Source: Staphylococcus phage VB_SavM_JYL01. Taken from it: DNA of 64,000 bases. The stretch is taken from the sequence record MH159197.1. One strand, 5' to 3'. Shown here piece after piece: positions 10,372 through 20,096 of the stretch. How positions within the stretch are numbered: the stretch's first letter is position 1; each line of letters opens with the position of its first letter. The translations under genes were made by a program, and so were the position numbers. The notes under the pieces are model-generated. The model ran no database searches and was not told the origin of the DNA. It was given only the letters and a program-made list of their open reading frames with translations.

Positions 10372-10740
10372 ATGGATACAATTTTTATTATAGGTGTAGC
10401 GTTTATAACTTTTGCAACATTTAATATAGTCTTTAGATTATTTGATTTATGGACTACAGAGAAGAAAATGGTAAGTCAAGGACAACCTCCACTAAGTAAT
10501 TTTGAGTACTATCATGTGATAGTACCCTACTTAGTTGGTGTTATTGTTATTATACTGAGTATTATTTTTAGAGATTCCTTGTATTCTGCGCAATCAGGAT
10601 TCGGTGTTATTATTACAAGCTTTATTTATATGCTAGTTTATGTTATAATCGGTCTTGTAGGGTCGTTTGTACTTACAATATTCCAAGCTAGAAAGGCTAG
10701 ACAGTATCAAACACAGGAGGATAATAATGAAGTTCAATGA
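10372..10740 (+). CDS. membrane protein
   Basis: 122-aa ORF with three hydrophobic helices and an SD ttaaggatgg. Confidence 0.6.
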   Translation: MDTIFIIGVAFITFATFNIVFRLFDLWTTEKKMVSQGQPPLSNFEYYHVIVPYLVGVIVIILSIIFRDSLYSAQSGFGVIITSFIYMLVYVIIGLVGSFVLTIFQARKARQYQTQEDNNEVQ

Positions 10741-11038
10741 TATTTATGAGCAATTAATTAAAAATGATACAATACAAAACATTCATGAATCTCAAGATGA
10801 TGAAGGAAATATTTATACAATACAATTTGATAAAGGTAATGATAAGTATTTATTTAATGTTATCAATGATGGATTCTTGAAAGAAATGACAAATGGTATG
10901 GTAGACCATCCTAAAGGTCAACCATATTCAGTAAGTCTAATCAATAAAGAAACTCCTAGTATGTCAGTGAAACAATATTTAACAGACGTAGAAGATATTG
11001 TACCTACTATTAGAAAAATGGAAAAGGATTTCTTATAG
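10727..11038 (+). CDS. hypothetical protein (start MKFNDIYEQ)
   Basis: An SD caggagg sits 9 nt before ATG 10727, which overlaps the upstream stop. Confidence 0.55.
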   Translation: MKFNDIYEQLIKNDTIQNIHESQDDEGNIYTIQFDKGNDKYLFNVINDGFLKEMTNGMVDHPKGQPYSVSLINKETPSMSVKQYLTDVEDIVPTIRKMEKDFL

Positions 11039-11085
11039 AGTCAAGTCTTTACTTGACTCTTTTTACTATATATGGTATATTAATA
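11037..11085 (+). terminator. terminator hairpin whose 3' arm carries a TTGACT -35 (TTGACT-17-TATATT with a TGG extension)
   Basis: agagtcaagt-cttt-acttgactct followed by ttttt, then ...tatggtatattaatata. The same cassette recurs at 17031. Confidence 0.6.
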
Positions 11086-11101
11086 TAGAGGTGACTTAAA
11101 A

Positions 11102-11638
11102 ATGGATTTTAATTTTAGTGCTTTTGATAATAGCTCATTAGCAATGAGAATTAGTGAGGGTGTATACTATTTCAATGATACCCCTTATTACTTTATTGAA
11201 CATATAGAAGAAGAAATGTCTGAGTATGTTATTGTGTATGACATACATGATAGAGAGGAAAAAGAAAATCCTCAGAAGAAATATAGAGTAGAACCTTACC
11301 AACGGACAATACCTGGAGGTACACCTCTTAGTAATTTGATTAAGAGTATGATGCCTCAACGTAAATATCCTAAGAAGGTTGTAGAAGACCCTATATTTGT
11401 AGCTAATGTTATTCCTTTAGGAACAGATACAGTTACAGGTAAAACTGGAAAAGGTTTTTTTGAAAGAGATAAGGATAGAACTATTTACTCACAGAAAGAA
11501 CCAACTAAGGTAGTCCATGGTCAATACACAGGTGTTTTCATAGGTCTAACAAGTGTTAAATGGAATAGAACATATACTCCTTTAGAAAGTGTTGTTGAGT
11601 ATTGCAAGAGAGTAAAAGGAGATAGGTTAAATGTCTAA
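11102..11638 (+). CDS. hypothetical protein
   Basis: 178-aa ORF with an SD tagaggtga. Confidence 0.6.
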   Translation: MDFNFSAFDNSSLAMRISEGVYYFNDTPYYFIEHIEEEMSEYVIVYDIHDREEKENPQKKYRVEPYQRTIPGGTPLSNLIKSMMPQRKYPKKVVEDPIFVANVIPLGTDTVTGKTGKGFFERDKDRTIYSQKEPTKVVHGQYTGVFIGLTSVKWNRTYTPLESVVEYCKRVKGDRLNV

Positions 11639-12398
11639 TGATGTAGTTAAGTTTTATGAAAAAGATATTAAAGACCTTATAAGAACTAAAAAACACATGT
11701 TTAAAGACGATGAGATAACTAGTGATATAAATGATATACGTATATTTAATGAGAAAGTAATTTGTCAAGGTAAGTGTAGAACAGATTGCTTAGTACTAGA
11801 CCGTAATGGTACTGTCATGGGTATAGAAATAAAAACGGAAAGAGATTCTACACAGAGATTAAATAACCAATTAAAATATTATAGTCTAGTATGTAAGTAT
11901 GTATATGTAATGTGCCATGATAAACATGTACCTAAAGTAGAGCAGATACTTAAAAGATATAAACATAATCATGTAGGTATAATGAGTTACATTAATTTTA
12001 AAGGTAAACCTGTTGTAGGTAAATATAAAGATGCTACACCATCACCACATAGAAGCCCTTATCATACAATGAATATACTATGGAAGACAAATTTAATGAC
12101 AATACTTAGGTTGATTAGAGACCCTCATACTTATAGAACAGGGTATAGTTATAATGCTAGCGGTAGGTATAGTGGTGGGGAAGGCAACTTCTCTCAAACA
12201 ACTCAAAGTAAAAGAATGAAAAAACCTGCTATTATTAACCAAATAATTCATTATGTAGGGGTAGATAATACTTATAAACTCTTTACAAGAGGTGTTATTT
12301 ATGGTTATAATAATAGATGGGAAGTTATAGAAGAAGATTTCTTTAATACTATGAAAAATGGGGTAAGAGTAATCAATGAGCAAAGACAAACCAAATAG
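11631..12398 (+). CDS. hypothetical protein; possible PD-(D/E)XK nuclease fold
   Basis: 255-aa ORF with an SD aaaaggag. LVLDRNGTVMGIEIK resembles the D...E.K nuclease core. This is weak. Confidence 0.55.
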   Translation: MSNDVVKFYEKDIKDLIRTKKHMFKDDEITSDINDIRIFNEKVICQGKCRTDCLVLDRNGTVMGIEIKTERDSTQRLNNQLKYYSLVCKYVYVMCHDKHVPKVEQILKRYKHNHVGIMSYINFKGKPVVGKYKDATPSPHRSPYHTMNILWKTNLMTILRLIRDPHTYRTGYSYNASGRYSGGEGNFSQTTQSKRMKKPAIINQIIHYVGVDNTYKLFTRGVIYGYNNRWEVIEEDFFNTMKNGVRVINEQRQTK

Positions 12399-12822
12399 AC
12401 GTAAAGAGATACAGCATCAACCTGTTAACTTTGCCCCAACAAATACTTTAACAGGAGCTAATAATAGTTTCTTTGCTAAAAAGCCCTCAGAACCTAAGGA
12501 TACAACATCTGTTATTGAATATAGAATACTTTTTATTAAAAGATTTGATAATGTAACAAGTACAGATGTTAAGTTACAAAAAAAATATGCATTAAATCTT
12601 ATTAGTGAGGCACTTGATGTTAAAGAAACTTATCTATCTCTTAAACAAAAAGGAAAGAAAACAGAATCTATTTTACACACAGATAGAGTTTATTATGTGC
12701 ATAGAGGTAAAAAACTTATTGGAAAATGTAGTATTAGGGAGCAAAGAACATTTAAAGGTAAACATTTGATATTTATATTTAAGACAAGACATAGAGTTAA
12801 AGCAGAAAGGAAAGATAAATAA
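12376..12822 (+). CDS. hypothetical basic protein
   Basis: 148-aa Lys/Arg-rich ORF. Confidence 0.55.
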   Translation: MSKDKPNRRKEIQHQPVNFAPTNTLTGANNSFFAKKPSEPKDTTSVIEYRILFIKRFDNVTSTDVKLQKKYALNLISEALDVKETYLSLKQKGKKTESILHTDRVYYVHRGKKLIGKCSIREQRTFKGKHLIFIFKTRHRVKAERKDK

Positions 12823-13685
12823 TGTTAAAAGGATTTTCAGAACATGTAGATAAACCTACAACTATTAAAACCTTATATAAGACCTTAACAAGTGGTAAAG
12901 TAGAATTACTAGGTGTATCTTATGGTAGTGATTACTTCCCTTCAGGTGTTACAGTACAAGCTTATATTGAAGATATAGGTAATGAAGATGAAGGTCTGCA
13001 GTTTGTTAATAAAGTAAACGTAGTGGAATCAATGAAACAGGCTGTAGTAGGTATGAACAATCAATTAGGTTCCTCAGGTCTTGGATATGTTAGAACTGAA
13101 CAACTTAAAAAAGAGCTAGAAGAAACTGGATTAATGACAGATTTACTTGCTAGAGGTACTAACTTAACTTCTACTAAGAAAGTGGATATTGTAAGTACTT
13201 TTATTGAGCCTGAAGTAACATATCAAGACATTACTATAGCTAAAGATATTAAGTTACGTCTATACAAACTAGAAGAAGAGTCACCATTAAACGGTTATAC
13301 ACATATTGTATATCTTCTTACTACAGAGAAATTATATGATGGTCAAACACTATTTGGTATGCTATCTAAGAAAGATAAGTTATCTAAAGGAGATACTGAT
13401 AAATTATTAGCATTCTTTAGAAATAATAGTTTAATAAGTAAAAGTGTATTTTGTGTTAAGTTATTAAGTAAAGACTACTACTTCAATTTATATAATACAC
13501 ATGAAACAGGTATATTCTTTTTAGAAGATACGGATATTATTACTATTGCTTGTGGTCAGTCATACGTTAAAGTTAATACTAAAGATATTAAATCTAGTCA
13601 TGTTAAAATTGAAGATGAGACTCATAAATTAACTGAGCTAGTAATTAACTTAAAAGGTGACGACACATTAACTATTTTATTCTAA
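12822..13685 (+). CDS. hypothetical protein
   Basis: 287-aa ORF. Confidence 0.6.
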   Translation: MLKGFSEHVDKPTTIKTLYKTLTSGKVELLGVSYGSDYFPSGVTVQAYIEDIGNEDEGLQFVNKVNVVESMKQAVVGMNNQLGSSGLGYVRTEQLKKELEETGLMTDLLARGTNLTSTKKVDIVSTFIEPEVTYQDITIAKDIKLRLYKLEEESPLNGYTHIVYLLTTEKLYDGQTLFGMLSKKDKLSKGDTDKLLAFFRNNSLISKSVFCVKLLSKDYYFNLYNTHETGIFFLEDTDIITIACGQSYVKVNTKDIKSSHVKIEDETHKLTELVINLKGDDTLTILF

Positions 13686-13758
13686 TAGAATGTTATAAAT
13701 ATGTGATAATTAAGTATAAATATACGTTATATAGAAAGTTTTCATAATGTTTTTAATA

Positions 13759-13800
13759 CAGAAACTAGTTAAGTTTTTTACACTTGTCCTAGTTTCTGTG
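13759..13800 (+). other. 11-bp perfect inverted repeat (stem-loop) in a 370-bp AT-rich intergenic region
   Basis: acagaaactag...(19 nt)...ctagtttctgt with no trailing T-run. Confidence 0.5.
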
Positions 13801-14056
13801 AAATTATATTTATGAAAAGTTAAAATATCTTTTAGGTAAAGGCTTTGTAAATAGTTAAAAAATATATTAAAATTTTATACAAAGTAGTTAATAAAATTAT
13901 ATTACATTTATATATTATGAAATAATAACAGAAATTGTGATATATTATATAGTGTAACCTTGAAACAGTTGATGTTGTAGGGTTTGTTTATGTTCGTTAA
14001 ACTGGTTTCAGAACATCAGTTACCATAAATAAATGACAGTTAAGGAGAGCTATATA

Positions 14057-14788
14057 ATGGCTAGAAAAAAGAATTTACGAAATAAAAACAGTGATATAAA
14101 AGTTGTTCCTGATAAAGAAAAAGAAAGTATATTATCTAAGCTATACCATAATAAATTACTACGCTCAAAGGTAGATAATGCTTTAGATGAAGATATGAGT
14201 TATGATGATATTATAGAACTATGTAAAGAATATGATTTAGAATTGTCTAAATCAGCTATTACAAGATACAAAAGTAAAAGAAAAGAAGCTATTGAAAATG
14301 GTTGGGATTTAGGAGAATTAATTGATAAACGTAAAAAAACAAGCGTAAAAGATATTAAGGAAAAAGAAACTCCTATATTAGAAGAGGAGCAACTTTCTCC
14401 ATTTGAACAATCAAAACATCACACACAAACAATCTATGATGATATTCAAGTACTAGATATGATTATTTCTAAAGGTGCAAAAGGATTAGAATTTGTGGAA
14501 ACTTTAGACCCTGCTTTAATGATACGTGCAATGGAAACTAAAGATAAGATTACCGGAAACCAATTAAAAGGTATGTCATTTATTGGACTTAGAGAATTAC
14601 AATTAAAACAAACAGCTCAAGATACGGCTATGAGTGAAGTATTATTAGAGTTTATACCTGAAGAAAAACATGAAGAGGTATTACAACGATTAGAAGAACT
14701 ACAAAATGAATTCTACAAAAATCTAGATTTAGATGAAGAAAGTAGAAAATTAAAAGAAGCTCTTGATAGAGTAGGCTATACAATTTAG
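14057..14788 (+). CDS. hypothetical protein (start MARKKNL)
   Basis: An SD aaggag sits 10 nt before ATG 14057. The track start at 14033 lies within the SD region. Confidence 0.6.
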   Translation: MARKKNLRNKNSDIKVVPDKEKESILSKLYHNKLLRSKVDNALDEDMSYDDIIELCKEYDLELSKSAITRYKSKRKEAIENGWDLGELIDKRKKTSVKDIKEKETPILEEEQLSPFEQSKHHTQTIYDDIQVLDMIISKGAKGLEFVETLDPALMIRAMETKDKITGNQLKGMSFIGLRELQLKQTAQDTAMSEVLLEFIPEEKHEEVLQRLEELQNEFYKNLDLDEESRKLKEALDRVGYTI

Positions 14789-14805
14789 ATAGTGAGGTTA
14801 GAGTA

Positions 14806-15264
14806 ATGGCAGATGAGATTAGTTTAAATCCAATACAAGATGCTAAGCCAATTGATGATATAGTAGATATCATGACATACTTAAAAAACGGAAAAGTACT
14901 GAGAGTTAAACAAGACAACCAAGGGGATATCCTTGTTAGAATGAGTCCAGGGAAACATAAATTTACTGAAGTATCTAGAGACTTGGATAAAGAATCATTC
15001 TACTATAAAAGACATTGGGTTCTCTATAATGTATCTGTTAACTCTCTTATAACATTTGATGTTTACCTAGATGAAGAATACTCAGAAACAACTAAGGTTA
15101 AGTATCCTAAAGATACTATTGTAGAATATACAAGAGAAGACCAAGAAAAAGATGTTGCTATGATTAAAGAAATACTTACAGATAATAATGGTAATTATTT
15201 CTATGCACTTACAGGAGAAACAATGCTCTTTGATGAAAATAAATTAAATAAAGTTAAAGATTAG
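14806..15264 (+). CDS. hypothetical protein
   Basis: 152-aa ORF with an SD gtgaggtta. Confidence 0.6.
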   Translation: MADEISLNPIQDAKPIDDIVDIMTYLKNGKVLRVKQDNQGDILVRMSPGKHKFTEVSRDLDKESFYYKRHWVLYNVSVNSLITFDVYLDEEYSETTKVKYPKDTIVEYTREDQEKDVAMIKEILTDNNGNYFYALTGETMLFDENKLNKVKD

Positions 15265-15266
15265 GG

Positions 15267-15295
15267 TTGACAGTTCTGAAAGTATATGATATAGT
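15267..15295 (+). promoter_or_regulatory. sigma-A-type promoter TTGACA-17-TATAGT
   Basis: ttgacagttctgaaagtatatgatatagt. Confidence 0.55.
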
Positions 15296-15328
15296 ATATG
15301 TATACTAAAAATAAAGGAGCTAACAATT

Positions 15329-15772
15329 ATGTTTATTTCATTAAATCAAGAAGAGAAAGAATTATTAACTAAAGAGGAAAACAAGTATACACCATTAGAA
15401 ACATCAAGAGAGTTTAACACACCTAAAGAAGAATTCATTGTAACAAGTTATAATGAAGGTAAACCTTTAGATTACATTGCAAAAGAAGCTAAAGTAAGTA
15501 TGGGATTAATTTACACAGTCTTAAACTACTATAAAGTAGGTAAGCGTAACAAGAAATCACCTGTAGAAGAAAGAATTGCACATATCTTGAAAGACAAAAA
15601 CTTAGTTAAAGAGATTATTAAGGATTACCAGTATATGAATTTACAGGACATTTATAGTAAATATAATCTTCATAAGAATGGTTTATATTACATCTTGGAT
15701 TTATACCATGTGGAAAGAAAATCTGAACTTAAGGACAAAGCATTGGAAGAGGATAATATTGTCGTTGAGTAA
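15329..15772 (+). CDS. hypothetical protein
   Basis: 147-aa ORF with an SD aaaggag. Confidence 0.6.
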   Translation: MFISLNQEEKELLTKEENKYTPLETSREFNTPKEEFIVTSYNEGKPLDYIAKEAKVSMGLIYTVLNYYKVGKRNKKSPVEERIAHILKDKNLVKEIIKDYQYMNLQDIYSKYNLHKNGLYYILDLYHVERKSELKDKALEEDNIVVE

Positions 15773-15788
15773 GTAAAGAGGTTATAAT

Positions 15789-16493
15789 ATGAGAAATAAA
15801 AAATCATTTCAAGAGCAATTAAATGACATGCGTAATAAAGAGAAATGGGTATCTGAAGAGGAGTTCACTGAAGAAGTGACTCCTTCTGAAGAACCTGAAG
15901 TAGAAGAAGAAAAGTTATATACTTTAAATGAGTTAAAAGAAAATTTATTGGATGCTCAGGGATTAAAAGATGTTGTCGATAATTTTCCTGCATCTAAGCC
16001 AGTATATGAATCTAATAAGCTTTATATTTGTACAATACCAAAAGGATATCGTTCTACAGAAGTACAACCAGGTCAATATATTGGTATCAGTACAGGGTTA
16101 TTATCAGAATCAGAAGATTTTAGTCATTTAAGAGGTCAAATGCCTAGAAATCTTTATGAAACTTCTCATGTTTTAAAACCTTTAGTACGTATTAATAATA
16201 CAAATCTCGAATATCAACAGCATGAGTTACTTGAAGATATTAAAGATGACAAGAAGATATATGATGTTGAATTAGAAGACCTGAGGTTAGTAACAGGAGA
16301 AGAAATATCCCATTTAGAAATTGTCGATAGTAAGTTTTTTGAAAGTCGTATTAATGAAATTCTCGACCGCTATACTGAATTAACGGATTCCGATGATTTG
16401 CTTATATACTATAGTAAATTACGAGAATTAGTAGGCAGTGACAAAATGATTTATTGCTCACTTCTAGATAAATGTGTTAAAATTATAGATTAA
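15789..16493 (+). CDS. hypothetical acidic protein
   Basis: 234-aa ORF with an SD aagagg. Confidence 0.6.
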   Translation: MRNKKSFQEQLNDMRNKEKWVSEEEFTEEVTPSEEPEVEEEKLYTLNELKENLLDAQGLKDVVDNFPASKPVYESNKLYICTIPKGYRSTEVQPGQYIGISTGLLSESEDFSHLRGQMPRNLYETSHVLKPLVRINNTNLEYQQHELLEDIKDDKKIYDVELEDLRLVTGEEISHLEIVDSKFFESRINEILDRYTELTDSDDLLIYYSKLRELVGSDKMIYCSLLDKCVKIID

Positions 16494-16500
16494 TAGTTAG

Positions 16501-16538
16501 TCTCCTCTTATATTATAACTGTAAGAGGAGACATTTTT
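16501..16538 (+). terminator. rho-independent terminator
   Basis: tctcctctta-(11 nt)-taagaggaga followed by cattttt. Confidence 0.65.
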
Positions 16539-16554
16539 TATAGAGGTGTTAATT

Positions 16555-16953
16555 ATGTCAAGAAAAGCAAGTATATTCTATATACTAGTAGTTATTGTTT
16601 TGGCTTTTTCTATTTCATCTTATTATATATCTTCTTTCATGTATCACGACAAAGCAAAGAATGAAGTCTCTACTGAGTTATCAAACACGGGAAAGATTAA
16701 AGAAGAAAAGAACGTAGAATTTGTCGGTGACTATACACTTAAAAAAGTGGAAAATAATAAAGCTTACTTTATGGAAACATTACCTACTTACCTACCCGGT
16801 AGAACAGGAGATAACAGCATAGATATGAGGTACTACAAAACAAGTAGATTTAAAGAAGGGGTAAATTTCAAGCTTATTAGGGTATATACTGAAGATGGGG
16901 AAGATAATCCAATTCATAAGTATAGGTTTGAAGCAGTACCAACCAAAAAGTAA
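16555..16953 (+). CDS. membrane-anchored protein (N-terminal TM)
   Basis: An SD agaggtg sits 6 nt before ATG 16555. The N-terminus is hydrophobic. Confidence 0.6.
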   Translation: MSRKASIFYILVVIVLAFSISSYYISSFMYHDKAKNEVSTELSNTGKIKEEKNVEFVGDYTLKKVENNKAYFMETLPTYLPGRTGDNSIDMRYYKTSRFKEGVNFKLIRVYTEDGEDNPIHKYRFEAVPTKK

Positions 16954-16969
16954 TAAGGAGGTGACTTAA

Positions 16970-17032
16970 ATGACAACATTAATTGTCGTCATCTTTATTG
17001 CTATCATTTATTACTTATGGAACAGTGATTGA
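16970..17032 (+). CDS. 20-aa hydrophobic micro-ORF MTTLIVVIFIAIIYYLWNSD
   Basis: A strong SD aaggaggtga sits 6 nt upstream. The 3' end overlaps the terminator stem. Confidence 0.35.
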   Translation: MTTLIVVIFIAIIYYLWNSD

Positions 17033-17079
17033 GTCAAGTTAATTCTTGACTCTCTTTTTGTTTTATGGTATATTAATAT
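17031..17079 (+). terminator. terminator hairpin with embedded TTGACT -35 (TTGACT-17-TATATT); duplicate of the 11037 cassette
   Basis: gagtcaag-ttaatt-cttgactc followed by tcttttt, then ...tatggtatattaatata. Confidence 0.6.
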
Positions 17080-17099
17080 ATAGAAAGGAGAGATTAATT

Positions 17100-17342
17100 A
17101 TGGAAATGGCAGATTTAGAAAGATTTGATACGTTTGTAAGATTAGTTTCAGACGATGAGCTTTCGGAGGAAAGAATATTAGAATTGAGTGTAGACTTATT
17201 AAATCCGATACTAGAAGGAGGTACAGCTTACCAAGCTAAAAAACGCATTAGAAGTAAGTTCGGTAAAATAGAAGCAAAAAACTTTAAAAGAAATTATAAA
17301 TTCTTACTCAAGTCGATAGCTCAAATAGACCAAGGGAGATAG
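17100..17342 (+). CDS. hypothetical protein (start MEMADLERF)
   Basis: An SD aaaggagag sits 8 nt before ATG 17100. Confidence 0.55.
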   Translation: MEMADLERFDTFVRLVSDDELSEERILELSVDLLNPILEGGTAYQAKKRIRSKFGKIEAKNFKRNYKFLLKSIAQIDQGR

Positions 17343-17346
17343 GACA

Positions 17347-17904
17347 ATGACAGAAAGGGAAAAGTTAGTTAAAGAGATTGAAGATGCTAATAGGGACATA
17401 CAATTAAGGTTAAAAGAAGTAGATGATTATAAGGATAGTATACGTTCTAAAGGAACAAGAAACTATGTATCTACTAAGGTATTAGATTCAGTTATGGTAG
17501 GGCTAATTATAAGTTTCTTTATTCTTGTAATGTTACGTGTACTTGAATATTTTGTAACAGGTAATGCTGTTTATTCACCTTTAGCGCCTGCAGTTATTAT
17601 TATGTTTGTTTTAGCCTTAGGTACATGGAAAGTAAGTAAAATGAATAAAATAGTATCCTACAGGGGAACTATTAAAATGTATTGGGAATTAAGTAATGCT
17701 GAGCAGAACCAAGCTAAGATATTTAAGTATCCTAATGATGAAGTAGATATCGTATCAAAACATAACTTAAGACAAATAACTTTTAGTGAGATTAATATCC
17801 TTCATCTTAAATATATGAGATATAATAAGGCAGTAGAACAGCATACTAAGTTATCTAAAGAACTTTTTAAAAAAGATAAAGAAACTATTGACAAGAACAA
17901 ATAA
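17347..17904 (+). CDS. membrane protein (2 TM)
   Basis: 185-aa ORF with an SD caagggag. Confidence 0.6.
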   Translation: MTEREKLVKEIEDANRDIQLRLKEVDDYKDSIRSKGTRNYVSTKVLDSVMVGLIISFFILVMLRVLEYFVTGNAVYSPLAPAVIIMFVLALGTWKVSKMNKIVSYRGTIKMYWELSNAEQNQAKIFKYPNDEVDIVSKHNLRQITFSEINILHLKYMRYNKAVEQHTKLSKELFKKDKETIDKNK

Positions 17905-17916
17905 GTGTAGTATAGT
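17888..17916 (+). promoter_or_regulatory. sigma-A-type promoter TTGACA-17-TATAGT
   Basis: ttgacaagaacaaataagtgtagtatagt. Confidence 0.55.
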
Positions 17917-17939
17917 ATTACTAAAGGAGGAGAGATATT

Positions 17940-18116
17940 ATGGTTATACCTAGTATTAAAGCACAAAATAAATTCAAGAATGAATTAGAGTATTATAAGC
18001 AAGGTCACATTAGTGAAAGTAAAATGTTAGAATTAGCTTTTGATTACATTCAAGAATTAGAACAAAATAATGAATATGTTACTAATTTGCTAGAAGAGGA
18101 GAGATATGGTGAGTAA
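17940..18116 (+). CDS. 58-aa hypothetical protein (below the 60-aa track cutoff)
   Basis: An SD aaaggagg sits 9 nt before the ATG. The protein is MVIPSIKAQNKF...EEERYGE. Confidence 0.5.
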   Translation: MVIPSIKAQNKFKNELEYYKQGHISESKMLELAFDYIQELEQNNEYVTNLLEEERYGE

Positions 18117-18357
18117 ATTTATCGGAGTGTACTTATTTAATTTATTAGTAGTAGCGCTAATTTATACAGTAGGATTTTTATTCTTTTATGGTGTAGCTAG
18201 TTTAGTTATTATTATAACTCATGCCACTATTGACCCATTTGTATTAGCTACTTTCTTAGGAATAGGATTCTTGGTTATTAGAACTGCACACAGAATCATG
18301 GCACGAGTAATCAATGATGCAGTAGCCCAAGCCATTAAGGATAAAGAAAATGAATAA
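18106..18357 (+). CDS. membrane protein
   Basis: 83-aa ORF with two TM helices and an SD gaggag. Confidence 0.55.
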   Translation: MVSKFIGVYLFNLLVVALIYTVGFLFFYGVASLVIIITHATIDPFVLATFLGIGFLVIRTAHRIMARVINDAVAQAIKDKENE

Positions 18358-18370
18358 AGGGGAATTTATT

Positions 18371-18583
18371 ATGGATAAAACATTACCAAAGTTTAGTGTA
18401 TATGAAGTTATTGTAAAGACTGTAATTATGACACCAACAGAAGGAAGTTCTGACCGAGAATCATTTTACTTTTCAACTCAAGAGTTAGCAGAAAGATTTG
18501 TTAAAGAAAACCAAGTAGAAACAAAAGATGGAAAGCGTGTATCTTTTTCTATTAAAGAGCGTAAAGTAAATCAACCAGGCTAA
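18371..18583 (+). CDS. hypothetical protein (start MDKTLPKF)
   Basis: An SD aaagggg sits 8 nt before ATG 18371. Confidence 0.5.
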   Translation: MDKTLPKFSVYEVIVKTVIMTPTEGSSDRESFYFSTQELAERFVKENQVETKDGKRVSFSIKERKVNQPG

Positions 18584-18635
18584 CATTAATTTGTTAGCTT
18601 TTTTTATTGACAAATCATTTTATATAGTGTATAGT
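18579..18635 (+). terminator. rho-independent terminator immediately followed by promoter TTGACA-17-TATAGT
   Basis: gctaaca-ttaatt-tgttagc followed by a T8 run, then ttgacaaatcattttatatagtgtatagt. Confidence 0.65.
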
Positions 18636-18663
18636 AATATTATACTGAAAAGGAGGAATTATT

Positions 18664-19308
18664 ATGAAAGTTTCAGAAGAAGTAAAACAGAGCTACTTAG
18701 AGAATAAAGCTAATACTAAAATGGATAAGATAAGTTGGTCTGAGTTAAGGTCTAGTCCTGCAGGTAGAACATTAGGAGACTTAATATACTTTAGTGTAGT
18801 TATAATAAATAATATCATAGCTATAGCATTAACATTAATGCTTGGAGATATTATCAAAGATTTAACGGATAGTACCCTAGTAAAAATAATAAGTATATTA
18901 CTTATTATCATCGTTGTATACGGTATACTATCGGCTTTAATACCTATACTAATATTTAAATCTGTATTTCCTGGATGGGAATATACTGAATGGAATAATT
19001 CTTACTATTTGAGATTACCTGGAGAAAAAGATTATAAATACTATAGCTACTGGTATTTAAATTTATTAGGTGTTACTGAGTTTTATCGGACAAATGATGA
19101 GGGTAAAGAAATTAAAGAAACTAGTTTAAGTTGGGTTTTTTATACTAAGGTTGATAGACCTGAGGATATTGACCATTGGAAAAATCAATTAATAACTAAT
19201 AGACCTTTAACAATTTCTGAGTACAAAAAACTAAAGAAGCTAGATAAAGAAAGTGAAATTAGAAAACAAGAAGATTTAGAAGAATACAAGCAATACAATA
19301 GTAATTAA
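18664..19308 (+). CDS. membrane protein
   Basis: 214-aa ORF with an SD aaaaggagg. Confidence 0.6.
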   Translation: MKVSEEVKQSYLENKANTKMDKISWSELRSSPAGRTLGDLIYFSVVIINNIIAIALTLMLGDIIKDLTDSTLVKIISILLIIIVVYGILSALIPILIFKSVFPGWEYTEWNNSYYLRLPGEKDYKYYSYWYLNLLGVTEFYRTNDEGKEIKETSLSWVFYTKVDRPEDIDHWKNQLITNRPLTISEYKKLKKLDKESEIRKQEDLEEYKQYNSN

Positions 19309-19323
19309 AGAGGTGAAAAACCA

Positions 19324-19572
19324 ATGATAAGTTCATTTGATAGTGTATTACTTGTAATATACATTATTATAGCTTTTGCAGTAGCTATGGCAATACTTTA
19401 TTTAGTATTTAAAGGTATGACCCTTTTATTAGATAAACTAATGATGTTATTACTAAGTAAAACTACCTTAGATGTAGAAGCTTGCTCCATGATAATGGCA
19501 GTAGTCAGTACAATTGTGTTTGGAATTATTGTACTTTTAATATGGTTAGCAGTAAATAATATTTTATTGTAA
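19324..19572 (+). CDS. membrane protein
   Basis: 82-aa ORF with two TM helices and an SD agaggtg. Confidence 0.55.
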   Translation: MISSFDSVLLVIYIIIAFAVAMAILYLVFKGMTLLLDKLMMLLLSKTTLDVEACSMIMAVVSTIVFGIIVLLIWLAVNNILL

Positions 19573-19583
19573 GGAGTTTTACT

Positions 19584-19760
19584 ATGGATTTTAATGACTT
19601 TATAAACAGTGAATCAGATAGAGTGGGTAAACCTAAACAAAAGAAGAAGGTAGAAAATAAACTACCTTCTTCTACTCCTATTGAAGAGAAGGAAAAAATG
19701 TTGAAAAGAATAAGAGAAAAATCATTATACATTGATTTAAGGAGAAAAAGAAATGACTAA
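19584..19760 (+). CDS. 58-aa basic hypothetical protein (below the track cutoff)
   Basis: An SD aaggag sits 8 nt upstream. The stop overlaps the start of the next gene. Confidence 0.45.
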   Translation: MDFNDFINSESDRVGKPKQKKKVENKLPSSTPIEEKEKMLKRIREKSLYIDLRRKRND

Positions 19761-20049
19761 AGAAACAAATGTACTTTACAAAGATAAGTATAGAGATTAT
19801 ACTATAGTTGTAAGACTAGTAGGTAATATTATTGTTACTGAAGTAGATAAGAAGCATAAAACAAAATTTTCACCTATTATATTTGATAATGGTCGAGAAG
19901 GTGTAGAGCTTGTAATGCGTATCGGCTCAGAAGAACTTGATATGAAAGAACTTAGAGAATTTACTAAAGAGGTATCAACAGCTCAGAAAGCTTTAGAATA
20001 TTTTAATAAAAAACTTTACATTAAAGGCTTGACAGATGAAGCCTTTTAA
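19753..20049 (+). CDS. hypothetical protein
   Basis: 98-aa ORF with an SD aaggagaaaaag. Confidence 0.55.
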   Translation: MTKETNVLYKDKYRDYTIVVRLVGNIIVTEVDKKHKTKFSPIIFDNGREGVELVMRIGSEELDMKELREFTKEVSTAQKALEYFNKKLYIKGLTDEAF

Positions 20050-20096
20050 TATATACTAAGATTATAACTAAAACAAAGAAAAGAGGAATGATTATT

